Origin: Cetorhinus maximus
Taxonomy: Eukaryota
Reading direction: 5' to 3'
DNA: 64,000 bases
NCBI RefSeq assembly: GCF_964194155.1
Contig: NC_135880.1
Span: 166,532,001-166,596,000 of the forward strand
A program made the position numbers and the translations under genes. Every line of letters begins with the position of its first letter. Position 1 is the first letter of the stretch. A model generated the notes under the pieces. The model was given only the letters and a program-made list of their open reading frames with translations. It searched no databases and was not told where the DNA came from. Positions 11,492 through 22,612 of the stretch are shown here, in pieces.

Positions 11492-13666
11492 CTAAAACAG
11501 GAATACAATTCCATCTGTGAATATGTGCCAGATTAATGAAATTGAAGTTATATTGTTCACTCTGTCCTGGTTGTATATGGCCATCTCCTCCTTTCCTCTG
11601 TCTAGGGCAGAGAAACAGCCCTTGGACTTTCAAAAGTCACTTGCTTAATTGGGCTGTATTGTGTTTTGACTACACAAATATAGTCGATTAAATGTACATT
11701 GCTGTATAGTCAGAGAAATAATTGACAGCCATCTCTAAGTGACCATCAATGTTTAGTTAAACAATTGTGTTACACTGCAGTTGCGATAGAAAATTGGTTA
11801 AACTCCAGTCAATGGAACACCAATTCTCAAGAGGAGCAACATCATGAGAGAGTCTATCCATTCAAACACGTGTTTGGATAAACATTGCAGTCTATTGGCA
11901 AGTAAATATTTTCTAAATCTTAGAAGGTAGCCCTTTCTTTGCTCCCCGTCATTCCCTGACTATCCCCACCCCTGCCAATGGGAACTTTCATGTTTGTGGT
12001 TTTGATTTAAAAGGTTTGATCCCCTGCTTGACAGGTGAAAATTCTGCTTTTTTTTTACTGCATTAGATACAGTCAAACTGTTTCTAGTCGCTGCCTGCTG
12101 AATGGGAGTCAGTCACTAATCCTGGCATTCAGGTCGTGCACTTCAGCTTCTGGATCTATACCAGAAATTTCTTTGTCTCAACAAATTTTCCAATCCAGTT
12201 TGTTGCCTTTTTTCAGCCTAGTCCTTCAAATATCTCAATCCATTCCTTCCTATTATTGCCAGAATCCTGAATGGGAAAGAAAATAAAGCAGAAAAGAACT
12301 TAGATGAACTGATGCCATCCCAGTGCTAAAAGCAAAATTCTGCAGATGCCGGAAATCTGAAATAAAAACAGAAAATTTTGGAAAAACTCACCAGGTCTGA
12401 CAACATCTGTGGTGATGTCAGTGCTGTTTGATGGAAGTAGAACATTGATAATTACCAATATTAAATTTGTTGCATTGTAATCACTATGGATCAGGGATTG
12501 CATTATCAGTCACCATTCTCAATGTTCAGGGCTGACATGCTGGAATGTTGTCAGGTGGGTGATATTCTCTTTCCACCTTTCTACATGCGTACACTCACTG
12601 TTCTACCAGCAGCTTAATCATAGAACTATTCTCCTAGCATTTCCCACCGCTCCTCCCACTGCCTCAAAGGGGAATTGTTAGCGCAATAAAGCAGTGGTTT
12701 ACAAGTTTATAGCATTTTATATTAACATCTCCACATTATTGGCCGTTCAGATTCCTGTTTCGAATTACAGATCTGTCTTTAACTGTATTATTTTCACACT
12801 TTGAATGTGTCTTCTTCAGTGCTGTAACCATTCTGTGAATCTGTAGAGACACATAGATACACAGCACCTTGAAACTGGAAATATAACTCAGGAGTTGGGT
12901 GACCCATCCAACTCTCCAGTATATCAAAGGCAACAGGTGTGAGACAATTGATGTAGCGTAGAGGTTTACATATGGGAATGGGAGGGGACACTTTCAAAGA
13001 GCCATCACAAGCATGATGGGCGAATGGCTTCATTCCTTTCGTGCTATGAAACCATCCCTGGAAGGTTTGAGCTGCACTCCAGGTGTGGTATAACTCTGTC
13101 AGGTGGAATTTCACCAGGTCCTAGCAGTGTACTCTATGACTCCTCAAACTGAGAATTGGATCTTTTCAGTATTGGCAATGAGTCACCCTTGCTGTCAGAA
13201 TTTTATCTGCTGACATTACTTCAAAGTCAGCGGTCCAATTCTGGCCTTCGGTTTCGAATCACACTTTCCGGGTTCGATCCTGTGGGTAGTAGCTGCAGTA
13301 TAGTGACAATGTGAAGCAACAATAAGGCTTTGTAATTTTAAAATGTTTATCGGAAAGGTGTAGAATTTACTAATTGAAGTTCACACTAAACTAAAATATG
13401 CCGCTATCATGTCAACACACTCGCAGATTCCACTATAATGTGATCAGGACATTTGCTGATTGATTTACACAGGAAAAGTCCTGCACTATGATCAAGGAAA
13501 CCTTGTTCTTTGGTAAATGATGTGACTCCAAATAAACAGTCACTGCTGACTGACAGGACTGCGCCCAACTCCACCCACCCAGAAAGCCCTCATCAATGCT
13601 GTAGAATCTGAAATAAGAACTGACAGTCCTGGAAATGAATATCAGGCTAGACAGCATTTGAAAGCC

Positions 13667-14433
13667 GAAATACCTGGAAAAACTCAGCAGGTCTAGCAGC
13701 TTCGGCAGAGAAGAGCAAAGTTGACGTTTCGAGTCCTCATGACCCTTCAACAGAACTAAGTAAAAATAGGAAAGTGGTGAAATATAAGCTGGTTTAAGGG
13801 CGTGGGGGTGGGGGGCAGTGTGTGGGGTGGGGGGAGGGTGGGGTTGTTGGGACAAGCAAGCAGTGAAAGGAGGAGATAACCAAAAGGTGTCACAGACAAA
13901 AGGACAAAGAGGTGTTGTAGGCGGTGATATTATCTAAAAGAATGTGCTAATAAAGAGTGGAAAGCAGGACAAGCAAGGTAGCTCTAGTGACAATTGTTTC
14001 CACAATTGTAGATCTTGAACTCCCTCCTCCATCCCCACTCCTTTCCGTTTCTTCTCCCTCCTTTTTGTTTTTTCCAATAATTTATATAGGTTTTTCTTTT
14101 CCTACCTATTTCCATTATTTTTAAATGTATTCCACCCATCGTTTATTTCACCCCACCCCCACTAGAGCTACCTCTTTGTTCTTTTGTCTGTGACATCTTT
14201 TGGTTATCTCCTCCTATCACTGCTTGCTTATCCCTACAACCCCAAGCCCCCCTTCTCCACCACCCCCACTTAAACCAGCTTATATTTCACCCCTTTCCTA
14301 TTTTTACTTAGTTCTGTTGAAGGGTCATGAGGACATTTGCTCTGCTCCGCCGATGCTGCCAGACCTGCTGAGTTTTTCCAGGTATTTCTGTTTTTGTTTT
14401 GGATTTGCAGCATCCGCAGTTTTTTGTTTTTAT
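13667..14433. mobile_element. Fold-back Penelope-like non-autonomous element inserted only in the intron of relaxin copy B; 14-bp TSD
   Basis: AGCATTTGAAAGCC is duplicated at 13653-13666 and 14434-14447; a single diverged copy lies at about 2146-2160 in copy A. About 13667-13990 and 14160-14400 are inverted copies of each other. Hammerhead-like motif present. Confidence 0.85.
13719..13757 (-). ncRNA. Minimal type-I hammerhead-ribozyme-like motif (core variant CUGUUGA)
   Basis: Minus strand reads AGTT-CTGTTGA-A-GGGTC-ATGAG-GACTC-GAAA-CG-TC-AACT: 4-bp stem I, 5-bp stem II, palindromic ACGU stem III, GUC site. A6 is replaced by U, so activity is uncertain. Confidence 0.6.
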
Positions 14434-14892
14434 AGCATTTGAAAGCCAGCTGTCCCCTCCTGACAGTAACTGTGCTGATAACAAGCCTCATGTTAACTTG
14501 TCTTTCAGAAGTTACTTGAGCCGCTCTGTTTCCAGCATTTGTACTCACCCTTGTCCACACGGCAGCAGTCCACACACTCTTTACATCATGAGATATGGTA
14601 ATAATATGGTTATAACAGGTATATTGTCCCCACAAGAGGGACAGCCATTCGCAAATAAAATTGGCATAAACATTTTCTCATTCGCTATTTTCATACTCAC
14701 TGTCATTTTGAAGATTGGGTCCGTTAGATAAATAAAATGATTCCAGTTGCAATAGCCTAACTAGTATCACTATTATTAACTCAATGAGAGACTCGATAAA
14801 TAGCATTAAGACATCTCGATTGCAATGATGCTAAAACGGCCAACTTCCTGGACAGGGGCATAGCAAAGGGAGATTGTTTTTTGAATACTCAC

Positions 14893-15076
14893 CGTTCTGG
14901 TTATCGAGGAGCCTCTTCCAACGAGAACCCCCACAGGTATAGATGATGGCTCGGATGAACTCCCGACCGCACACTTTGATTCCCGGTTCCGCACTCTTTA
15001 AAGACTGGGATAAGATAGGAGTGGGAAAGGAGGTGAGGAGCAGGTTGATTACCAGAACACACACTAGACACTTCAT
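14893..15076 (-). CDS. RLN: Relaxin copy B, coding exon 1 (signal peptide, B chain QSLKSAEPGIKVCGREFIRAIIYTCGGSRW)
   Basis: 184 nt with a G|GTGAGT donor, RxxxRxxI cassette and KR site; same structure as copy A. Confidence 0.95.
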
Positions 15077-15222
15077 CTCAGCTCACGAGTGTTGAGCCTG
15101 GGCTTCTCTGTAAACCTCGCAGTAAGTGTTCCGCTCCCTCACTGGTACTCAGGCTTTTGGTGAGATGTCTATATTGTTTTGACTCTCTCCCTGTGGTCTT
15201 CTGTATGCCTGATCCCTCTCCC

Positions 15223-15257
15223 CTTATATACTGTTTTTACTCCTTTGCTCTGACTCA
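15223..15257 (-). promoter_or_regulatory. Relaxin copy B proximal promoter: TATATAAG (15230-15223) and AP-1 site (15251-15257)
   Basis: Paralogous to 1371-1405, with one base different at the end of the TATA box. Confidence 0.55.
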
Positions 15258-18200
15258 TCGCAGCTCTTTTTTTTTTTAAATCACTTGTCCCACCTCTTTC
15301 CCTTGGAGATTCTTGCGCCGTTTCAGATGAGACACTCCCCCCGGATCCTTATCACATTTATAATTTGTGGAATGATTGAATATGTGCATCGATCAGCAAT
15401 ACATTTATCTCCTCTCATCCTTCATACACTTTGTCATTTTTTTCTGGTTTTCATTTAACACTTTTGTCCATAGTTTTAATCGAACTTCTTTGAAATGTTT
15501 AGCTCATGTTAAATATTTTCCACTACATTTTTTCCCTCAATTTCCTCATTGCAGACTCCTCAGCTTTCATCTTAGTCTCAGCTTTTGGGCTAAACTTTTA
15601 TTCGGACTGTTTTTCCCATTGCTCTCTCATTGTTCTCCCTGTTCTGTTTCCCTCCCTATGAATCTGTTATCACTAAAATTGATTTTCTATATTGTGGTTT
15701 AACCATTTGTTGTCAATCTGCTAGTGGCCTTTTTAACCATGTGACTGTTGGTAAATGTGCTTTAATTGGTACTTATTAATACTATTTGGTCCACTGTGTC
15801 CATTTCAGCTTTACATGAGAATATAAGAGCATTAAGAAACAGGAGCAAGAACAAAAACTGACTTTTAAGAAACAGGAGCAGTTCTACACCAGATTGGCAC
15901 CCAGTCTCCTCCACCATTCAATACAATCATGACCGATCTTTGGCTTCAACTCTCTGCTCCAACAGTCCCCAGCTAATCCCAGTGCACAACTCCCCCCATA
16001 ACTCTGTATGTGTCTCTGTTTCATATATATATATATATCACATTGTTCCCCTTAAATTATACAGTGGTCTCTAACCTGTCTCTCCATTCTCATTGACAAT
16101 TTTAAAATGATGACTCTCTTATCACTAATCAGAGCAAATGTTCACTCTAAAAAAAACTCTCCTTAATTTTAAAAATGTGTTATATGCCTGCAGTTCTCTA
16201 TTCCATCAGCAGCAGGCTCTGTACCACAAATCTCTCCTCATAGTTTCTATGCCTGTCATTGTGCGGTTGTATCGATGCTGCATATTCTCAATGACTTTAA
16301 CATCCTTGAAATAAGAGGGCAGTCAAAACTCTACTCAGTACTCTGTGACATAAATAATGCTAGTAGAAATTTATTATTATTTGTTCTTGTACTCAATGCT
16401 ATTTATAAAATCCGAAGGACTGTTGGCATTTTTGTGGCTTTATTTATCTTTATTTGCACTTTCGTGTCCTGAAACCTACTGGAAAGTTTTAATATGGATG
16501 AGCAGGTGGGATTGGAGCAGGTAATGGGCACTATGGATGTTAAATGGACAAAAATTCTGAGTGAATCAGGAAGCCTTGCTTCCCAGTTCCGGCTGGGAAG
16601 CAAGGGGCAGGCAGCTGATCCACTCTGAGGAGGTGCATTGGCATTTTCAACATGTTAATGAGGCTGGCAGTCTCATATTTGCAGGTTTGGCTGTGGCCGA
16701 CTGGGTTTCCCAGGCCTTGGGAATGCAAATGCTGCACCAAGGCGAGGATGGCCACATGGAGAAGGCAAGTGCCTTTGCAGCTGTCCTTGTGGGCCAGGAG
16801 GAGCAGAAATGCTTCCTCTCGCCCCCACAGTCACCCGCCCATTAGAATCCTCAAATGCCACACCCGGTCCCCTGGAATTGGACCTCCCTAGAATCAAAGT
16901 TAGACACCCTGGAAAGAGGGCTTGGGCCTAACTGGTCTTCACAGTGACCCCTGCATTCCTGGAAGGCAAGCCTGTCAGTCAGGCTGATTTCTGGGCAGGA
17001 AATCTGTCTGGACTGATTTGTTGCACCCATCAAGACCAGAAGTTAAAACTCCAAAGCATATGGAAAAACCCCGACTTCCAGATTTCATATATGCTAAAGG
17101 ATTTCACCAATCCTCCCCTTCCTCCCCAGCCCACTCCCAATTCATTGCCAAGTAGAACGTGCACCTCCTAGGTCTCATTGTGAAGTGGGGTGAATTAAAT
17201 TGAGAATTTAATGAAACATTTGCGAAAACTCCTGTAGCTATGGCACAAACACCTCATTGAGGCTAAATTCCACATTCCTGGTCTTTCTCACTCCACTGAG
17301 TCACGTGATTTGAGGTTAAACTCTCACTTGTCCACTCAAGCATAAAACGCAGTTTACAAAACAATTGGAAATTACATTCATTCAAAGAACAGTTGATCAC
17401 ATTGTTGTGTAACTAATTGGATTTCAACAGCCCACAAATAAGGCACCAAATAAACAGGTTTAAGCAACACAAATGAAGCAACTTACACTTCAAATGCAAT
17501 GAAATAAACAAAAGATGGTGGAAAAGGTGTCAAGGTAAGTTGAAAACTGAAATCATCGAGGGCACATTCTCACCCTTTCTGCTGTTCTCCCCACTATCTC
17601 CAGGAGTTATTTGAGGCCTTTCCTGGTGAGACAAGTGGCAAAAATTCAATCCTCCTAAATAGATGAGGTGGAGGTTCAGGCTGGCTTGGGGTCTTTCTGC
17701 TCAAACACACAATGCTCACACAGCCCGAAAAAGGGATATTATTAAGGGGAAAAGGGTTGGCTGTGAGCCCTGCTTCAGTTAATGCCAGGCTATGAATGTA
17801 ATCATCCGGAATAAGACAAAGGCCTTGTTTGCAAGTGGGCAACCATTCTGGAGAGGGATGGGAATTATTGATCCATTGTAAGAGGCAGGAAGGTGTTTGT
17901 AGATACGGTAAATCCTAAGAAAGCGCACTAGATGGTATGATTGATGAGAGTAGAGGGTATGGCAGTTGCCATTGCTATTCATAGAAAGGCAGTGGAAGGC
18001 ACCACAATGGCCCTAATGGAGAATGTTGAGAGGTACCGGGGGCCTTGATTATGGAGGAAACAATCCTTGGGTAGCAGAAGGAGAGAGGGCAAGCAGAGCA
18101 AATGCAGAGGGGGTAAAGATCGGGTGGTATTTGTAGGAGGCAGAGGAGATAGAACTTGGAATGATGGGGTGAAGGGAGACAGGTGAGTGGAGCTCAGGAA

Positions 18201-19019
18201 GTGCCAGAGAAAGCTAATGGGAGTAGTCGGCTTGGGTCCAGAGCAGCAACCAAGGCAGACACACAGGTAAAAGTTGAACTATGCAAGCAGAGTAGAGATT
18301 TATGGCTTTTCATATGGATGAAAAGTGATTAATCAATTACTCCTGCTCTCAGGACTTGAGTGTGTAAGAAACTGGAGCCAAATGGCCATGAGGCAGCAGT
18401 GGAATGCACTTATAGGAAATGTCAGTATCTGCAGCCAACTGAACATCAAGAACAGGACCAATCAGTTTGGAGATGATGGGTGAAGAGATAGAAATAAGAA
18501 CCACTGGAGGTGTTGATTAATCAGTTGGAGGTGTTGATTAATCACTTAAGGCCAGATTGAAATTAGGAAGCCCAGTAGATTCAGGAGATATTTTGGAGTT
18601 TAATTTCCATCTACTGAGTGGCTGATATAAAGATATGGGTGAATCCAGGATGCAGCAAAAGAGTATAATGTAATTGAAGAAAAGTATAGGAATGAGAAAC
18701 TGCAAAGATTGGGAATACAAAGAAGGTGAAAAGACATTCAGAGACCATAGGGAGGAGGAAGATGGTCCAAGGAACAAGTACAAAATACAAAGAGCAGCAG
18801 ATTGAAGAGAACAGGTGGGGCCAGCCTTAAGGGTAAATAGCACCTAACAGTGCTTTAGATAGAGCAGGCTCAGAGACAGTGAAAGTTGAGCTTTATGGAG
18901 GTGTAGAACAGGAAGTAAAAAGGAAGGCAGCAGTGAGTTTAAGTTCCCAAAAAGAGAATTATCACAACACAAACAGCTTGCCTCTTCTTCAGCTGTGTTG
19001 GCATCACAGACTAGCATCT

Positions 19020-19370
19020 GTATACCACCAACATTTGTAAAGGAACACAGTTAACAATGTGATAACAGCCACATAACCAATTTTTTCTTGTGTGATGTAA
19101 ACTGAGGGACAGACATTAGCCAGGACACCAGGGATTACTTCCATACTCTTACTTTGGAATAGCACAATGGGAATGTTTATATCCCTGAACTGGGACCTTA
19201 GTTTAACAGTTTGACTGAAAGACAGCAGCTCCAAGTATACAGCCATTCCTCATTGCTGCACTGGAGCATCAGCCTTGATTTTTACACACTCAAGTCCTGA
19301 GAGCAGGATTTGAACCTCGAGCCTTATGGCTCAGAGGTACAAGTGCTACCAGCTGAGCCACATCTAACAC
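19020..19370 (-). mobile_element. tRNA-derived DeuSINE-like element
   Basis: Minus strand starts with a tRNA-like head (gtgggctcagctggtagcact...gaggttcaaatcc), followed by body motifs shared with 25425-26115. Confidence 0.65.
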
Positions 19371-19939
19371 CTCCTTACCTTTTAGTCTTTAAACTCTGTG
19401 AACAAAATTTTTTGTGAAGAACACAGGAAGTGCAGATCAGTGGCGATCTAAGATCAGCAATTAATGGCAGCAACCTTTTAGCAGCGGCCAACATAGATTC
19501 ACAAGGGGAAGATCCTGTTTGACAACATTTACTTCTTTGAGGAAATGGCGCCTGAAGTTGACTATGGTAAATCCCACTATGTTTTGTGACTAGACTTGCA
19601 GAAGTCATCCAGGAAAGCAGATCAGGGAGAGAGCATAGGTAAAGATAAAGTTTGAGATAGCTCAGAGCCAGATCAGGAGAGCAGAGGTCAGGGTAGAACA
19701 TGTAGAGCCAGGAATCAGAAGTTGCATTGGAGGTCTGGTTGGGAGGAAGGAAACAGTTAAACAGCTAGACTATAGGTGATTTTATAACAAGAGCCAATGC
19801 CTTTCACTGTCTTTTCACTCTCAGTCAACAGGTTTCTTCCTTCTTCCTGAATAGAATGTGTCCCCCATCACCCAGCTGGGTACCGTTTCTTCTGATTCCT
19901 GTACCGGAAAGAGTTTGTGTATCTTTTTCCCATCCGTCA

Positions 19940-21400
19940 AGAATTCTGGGTGAAACAGACCTTATTCACTGCCTTAAATATTTCCTCTGTTCACCACTGG
20001 TGCAACATGGCTGCAGGGTGTACCATTTACAAGATGCACTGCAGCAACTCGCCGAGGCTTCTTTGAAAGCACCTCCCAAACCCATGACTCCTGCCAACAA
20101 GAAACGCAGGGGGAGTGGGTGCGTGGGAGCGCTGTCACCTGCACATTTCACTCCAAATCACATGCCATCCTGATCTGGAAATATATCACTGTTTCTTCAC
20201 TGTTGCTGGATCAAAATCCTGAAACTCCCTATCTAACAGCAGTGTGGGAGCTTCACCACGTGGGTTGCAGCTATCCAGCAAGGATGCTCATCTGCACCTT
20301 TTCAAGGGCAATGGGTGATGAGCAATAAATTATGTCCTTCCCAGTAATGTCCACATGCAGTAAATCAATTTAAAAAGTCAACTGGCGTAAAGAAAAGACT
20401 CTATGAACATTTCCATCCTTAATAGCACCAAAGCCCAGCATATGTGTAAGATATAGAACTGAAATGTTTCTAACAGTCTTTTGTAATTTTGTAGCCAAAA
20501 CTGCCAAGTGGACAATCTCATTTTACCTCTTCCTGAGGTTCCTACCATCACAGATTCTGGGCATGGCATTAAGGAAAGGCAAAATGTACTGGATAAAATG
20601 AAGGCAATGGACTCTGAAAACATTCCAGTTGAGACTTGTGCACCACAACCATCTGCTCCCCAAACAAAGCTGGTTCAGTACAGGTATCACATTAGCATAT
20701 ATCTAACAATAAGAAAAAGTTCCCATGTACACCCTATCCTCACAAAGCTGGACATATTAAACTTAGCCAATTAGTATCCTATCAGCCTCTTTCCTACACT
20801 TAAGAAAGTGATAGAATGAAACAATAAGTCTACAATCAAGTGATACCTATTCACCAGTAACTGCGCTGATAGTCAGTTTGGGTTCTGCTAGAACCACTAT
20901 GCTCCAGACCTTGTCACAGAATTAATCCAGTCATGTGCTCCAAAGCTGAATGCCAGAGGAAAGGTGAGAGTAGCTGTTCTTGATATCAAGGCAGCATCTG
21001 ACTGAGTATGGCACCAAGGAGCCCCAGTAAAACTGTAGCCAATGGTTGTCAAGCTTCCTGTGGCTGGAATCAGAACTGACACAAATAAAAGTGGTTGTTG
21101 GAAGCTGCAGGGAAACGCCCATGACATATATTCAGCTACTTCTCAATGATTTTCCCTTCATGAATGGGGCTCTCTGTCAATGATTCTACAGAGGCTCCAT
21201 TCACAATTCTTCTGACAACAGAGCTTGTGCTGGACTGCACCAGGACAACAGTCAGACTTGGGCTAAAAAGTGGCCAATAATATTTATGCCACATAAATTA
21301 TGGGCAATGACCAATCATTTTCCTTAATCTTTAACAGTGCCACATTTGGTGAGGTCTTACCATCAACATCCAGACCAGAAGCCTAACTGGACTGAACATT
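19940..21400 (+). mobile_element. Degenerate fragments of a CR1-group (Zenon-like) LINE: 3' end, then RT region
   Basis: Tail gggcaatgggtgatgagcaataaat...ccacat; remnant LDIKAA.D.VWHQGA, as in 52659..53225. Confidence 0.6.
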
Positions 21401-21831
21401 TCATAAACATGGTTCAAATGATGAGGGATTTGTAGAAATAGATAAGAGAAATTGGTCCCTTTCAAAGTGGCAGCTAACAGTGCTGTTATGATTGACTCTG
21501 AGGAACCAGAAGAGCTATAAACACATTTAGCAAGATCCAATCTGCAGAACATTATACAAGACAGTATTTTTCAATTGTCTCATAGACATTTGTGCCATTT
21601 CCAGTCCTATCAGCAACTTTTCATAATAAATCACAAGGCACTGCTATCAAACCTACCACTGCACAAGCAACTCTACACTCTATGCCTTTCCCTCTTGTAG
21701 ATAAAATTTTTGTACACAAAATGTACCTCCTATGGCAATCTAGTTTAGATTGCAAAATGTGGAGCATTTATGAATTGAGAGGAATGTACGTGTTCAAGTT
21801 TGATGGCCTAACTTGTTTTTTCCTTTCAGCT

Positions 21832-21929
21832 ATGGCTGGAGACTTTAAGATGGCTGGAGACTGTAAGATGGCTGGAGACTGTAAGATGGCTGGAGACGGT
21901 AAGATGGCTGGAGACTGTAAGATGGCTGG
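21832..21929 (+). repeat. 18-bp minisatellite (ATGGCTGGAGACTGTAAG) x about 5.4
   Basis: Five near-perfect units (two single-base variants) plus a partial unit. Confidence 0.95.
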
Positions 21930-22612
21930 CAGCTGAGGCGACTTGCAACATCTGTGAGTAGGGCTCCAATAGGCTGCCCTGCTGTAGGTGTGGGGCAGGC
22001 ATCTCCTGCCCACTTTCTGGCACATGCAGTCATTAGGAGAGCTTGGCAAACTGGCATGCTTGTGGGAGAGACAACAGCATCATCCATTGGAGGATTGGCC
22101 TGGCCCCTATGTCATCATGTTCACTGATGTCTGGGTGAGTAGATCCCATGGCATCAATGATGTATATTCAAGTGCCTCTCAATGATTTCATTTGGATGAG
22201 GCATTCAGCTGTCCTGTTCAATAGGCGATATTGCTAGGGAAGTGTGTGTAGCATGAATTCATGAGGAATGTTAAAACTAACTCAACAACCTCTGCCATGA
22301 AGGCCTGTGCTGTCATTGAATTGGCATTTTTTCCAAAGCTGTTTGCATACCTTTCTATGATGGTCATGGAAATTTTCACACTAGGCACAGTGTGTTGAAA
22401 GGGGCAGCAGTTAGGGGGCTGCAATGCCATTCATATTTATGCATTGTGCCAATTATTAGCTTCAAGAACTGCTTCCTCCTACCTATGCACCTTCCTGCTG
22501 ATCACCAGTATGCTGAAGCGTGCACTTGTTAGCACCTCCCTTTGTTCAGCAGCAACCCCTTTAGCAGAAGGCCACACAGAGTTTATTGTGTTGACAGAGT
22601 CTGCCAAGTTTG

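Larger units (their letters stand above)
11141..16638 (-). repeat. Right arm of the inverted segmental duplication; contains relaxin copy B plus a 767-bp insertion absent from the left arm
   Basis: Reverse complement of 1-4670. Hand-aligned samples differ by about 1-6%. The true outer boundary cannot be seen because the left arm leaves the window. Confidence 0.97.

Noticed and set aside
21832-21929. CRISPR-like array
   Set aside because: Contiguous tandem units with no spacers in a vertebrate genome; this is a minisatellite.
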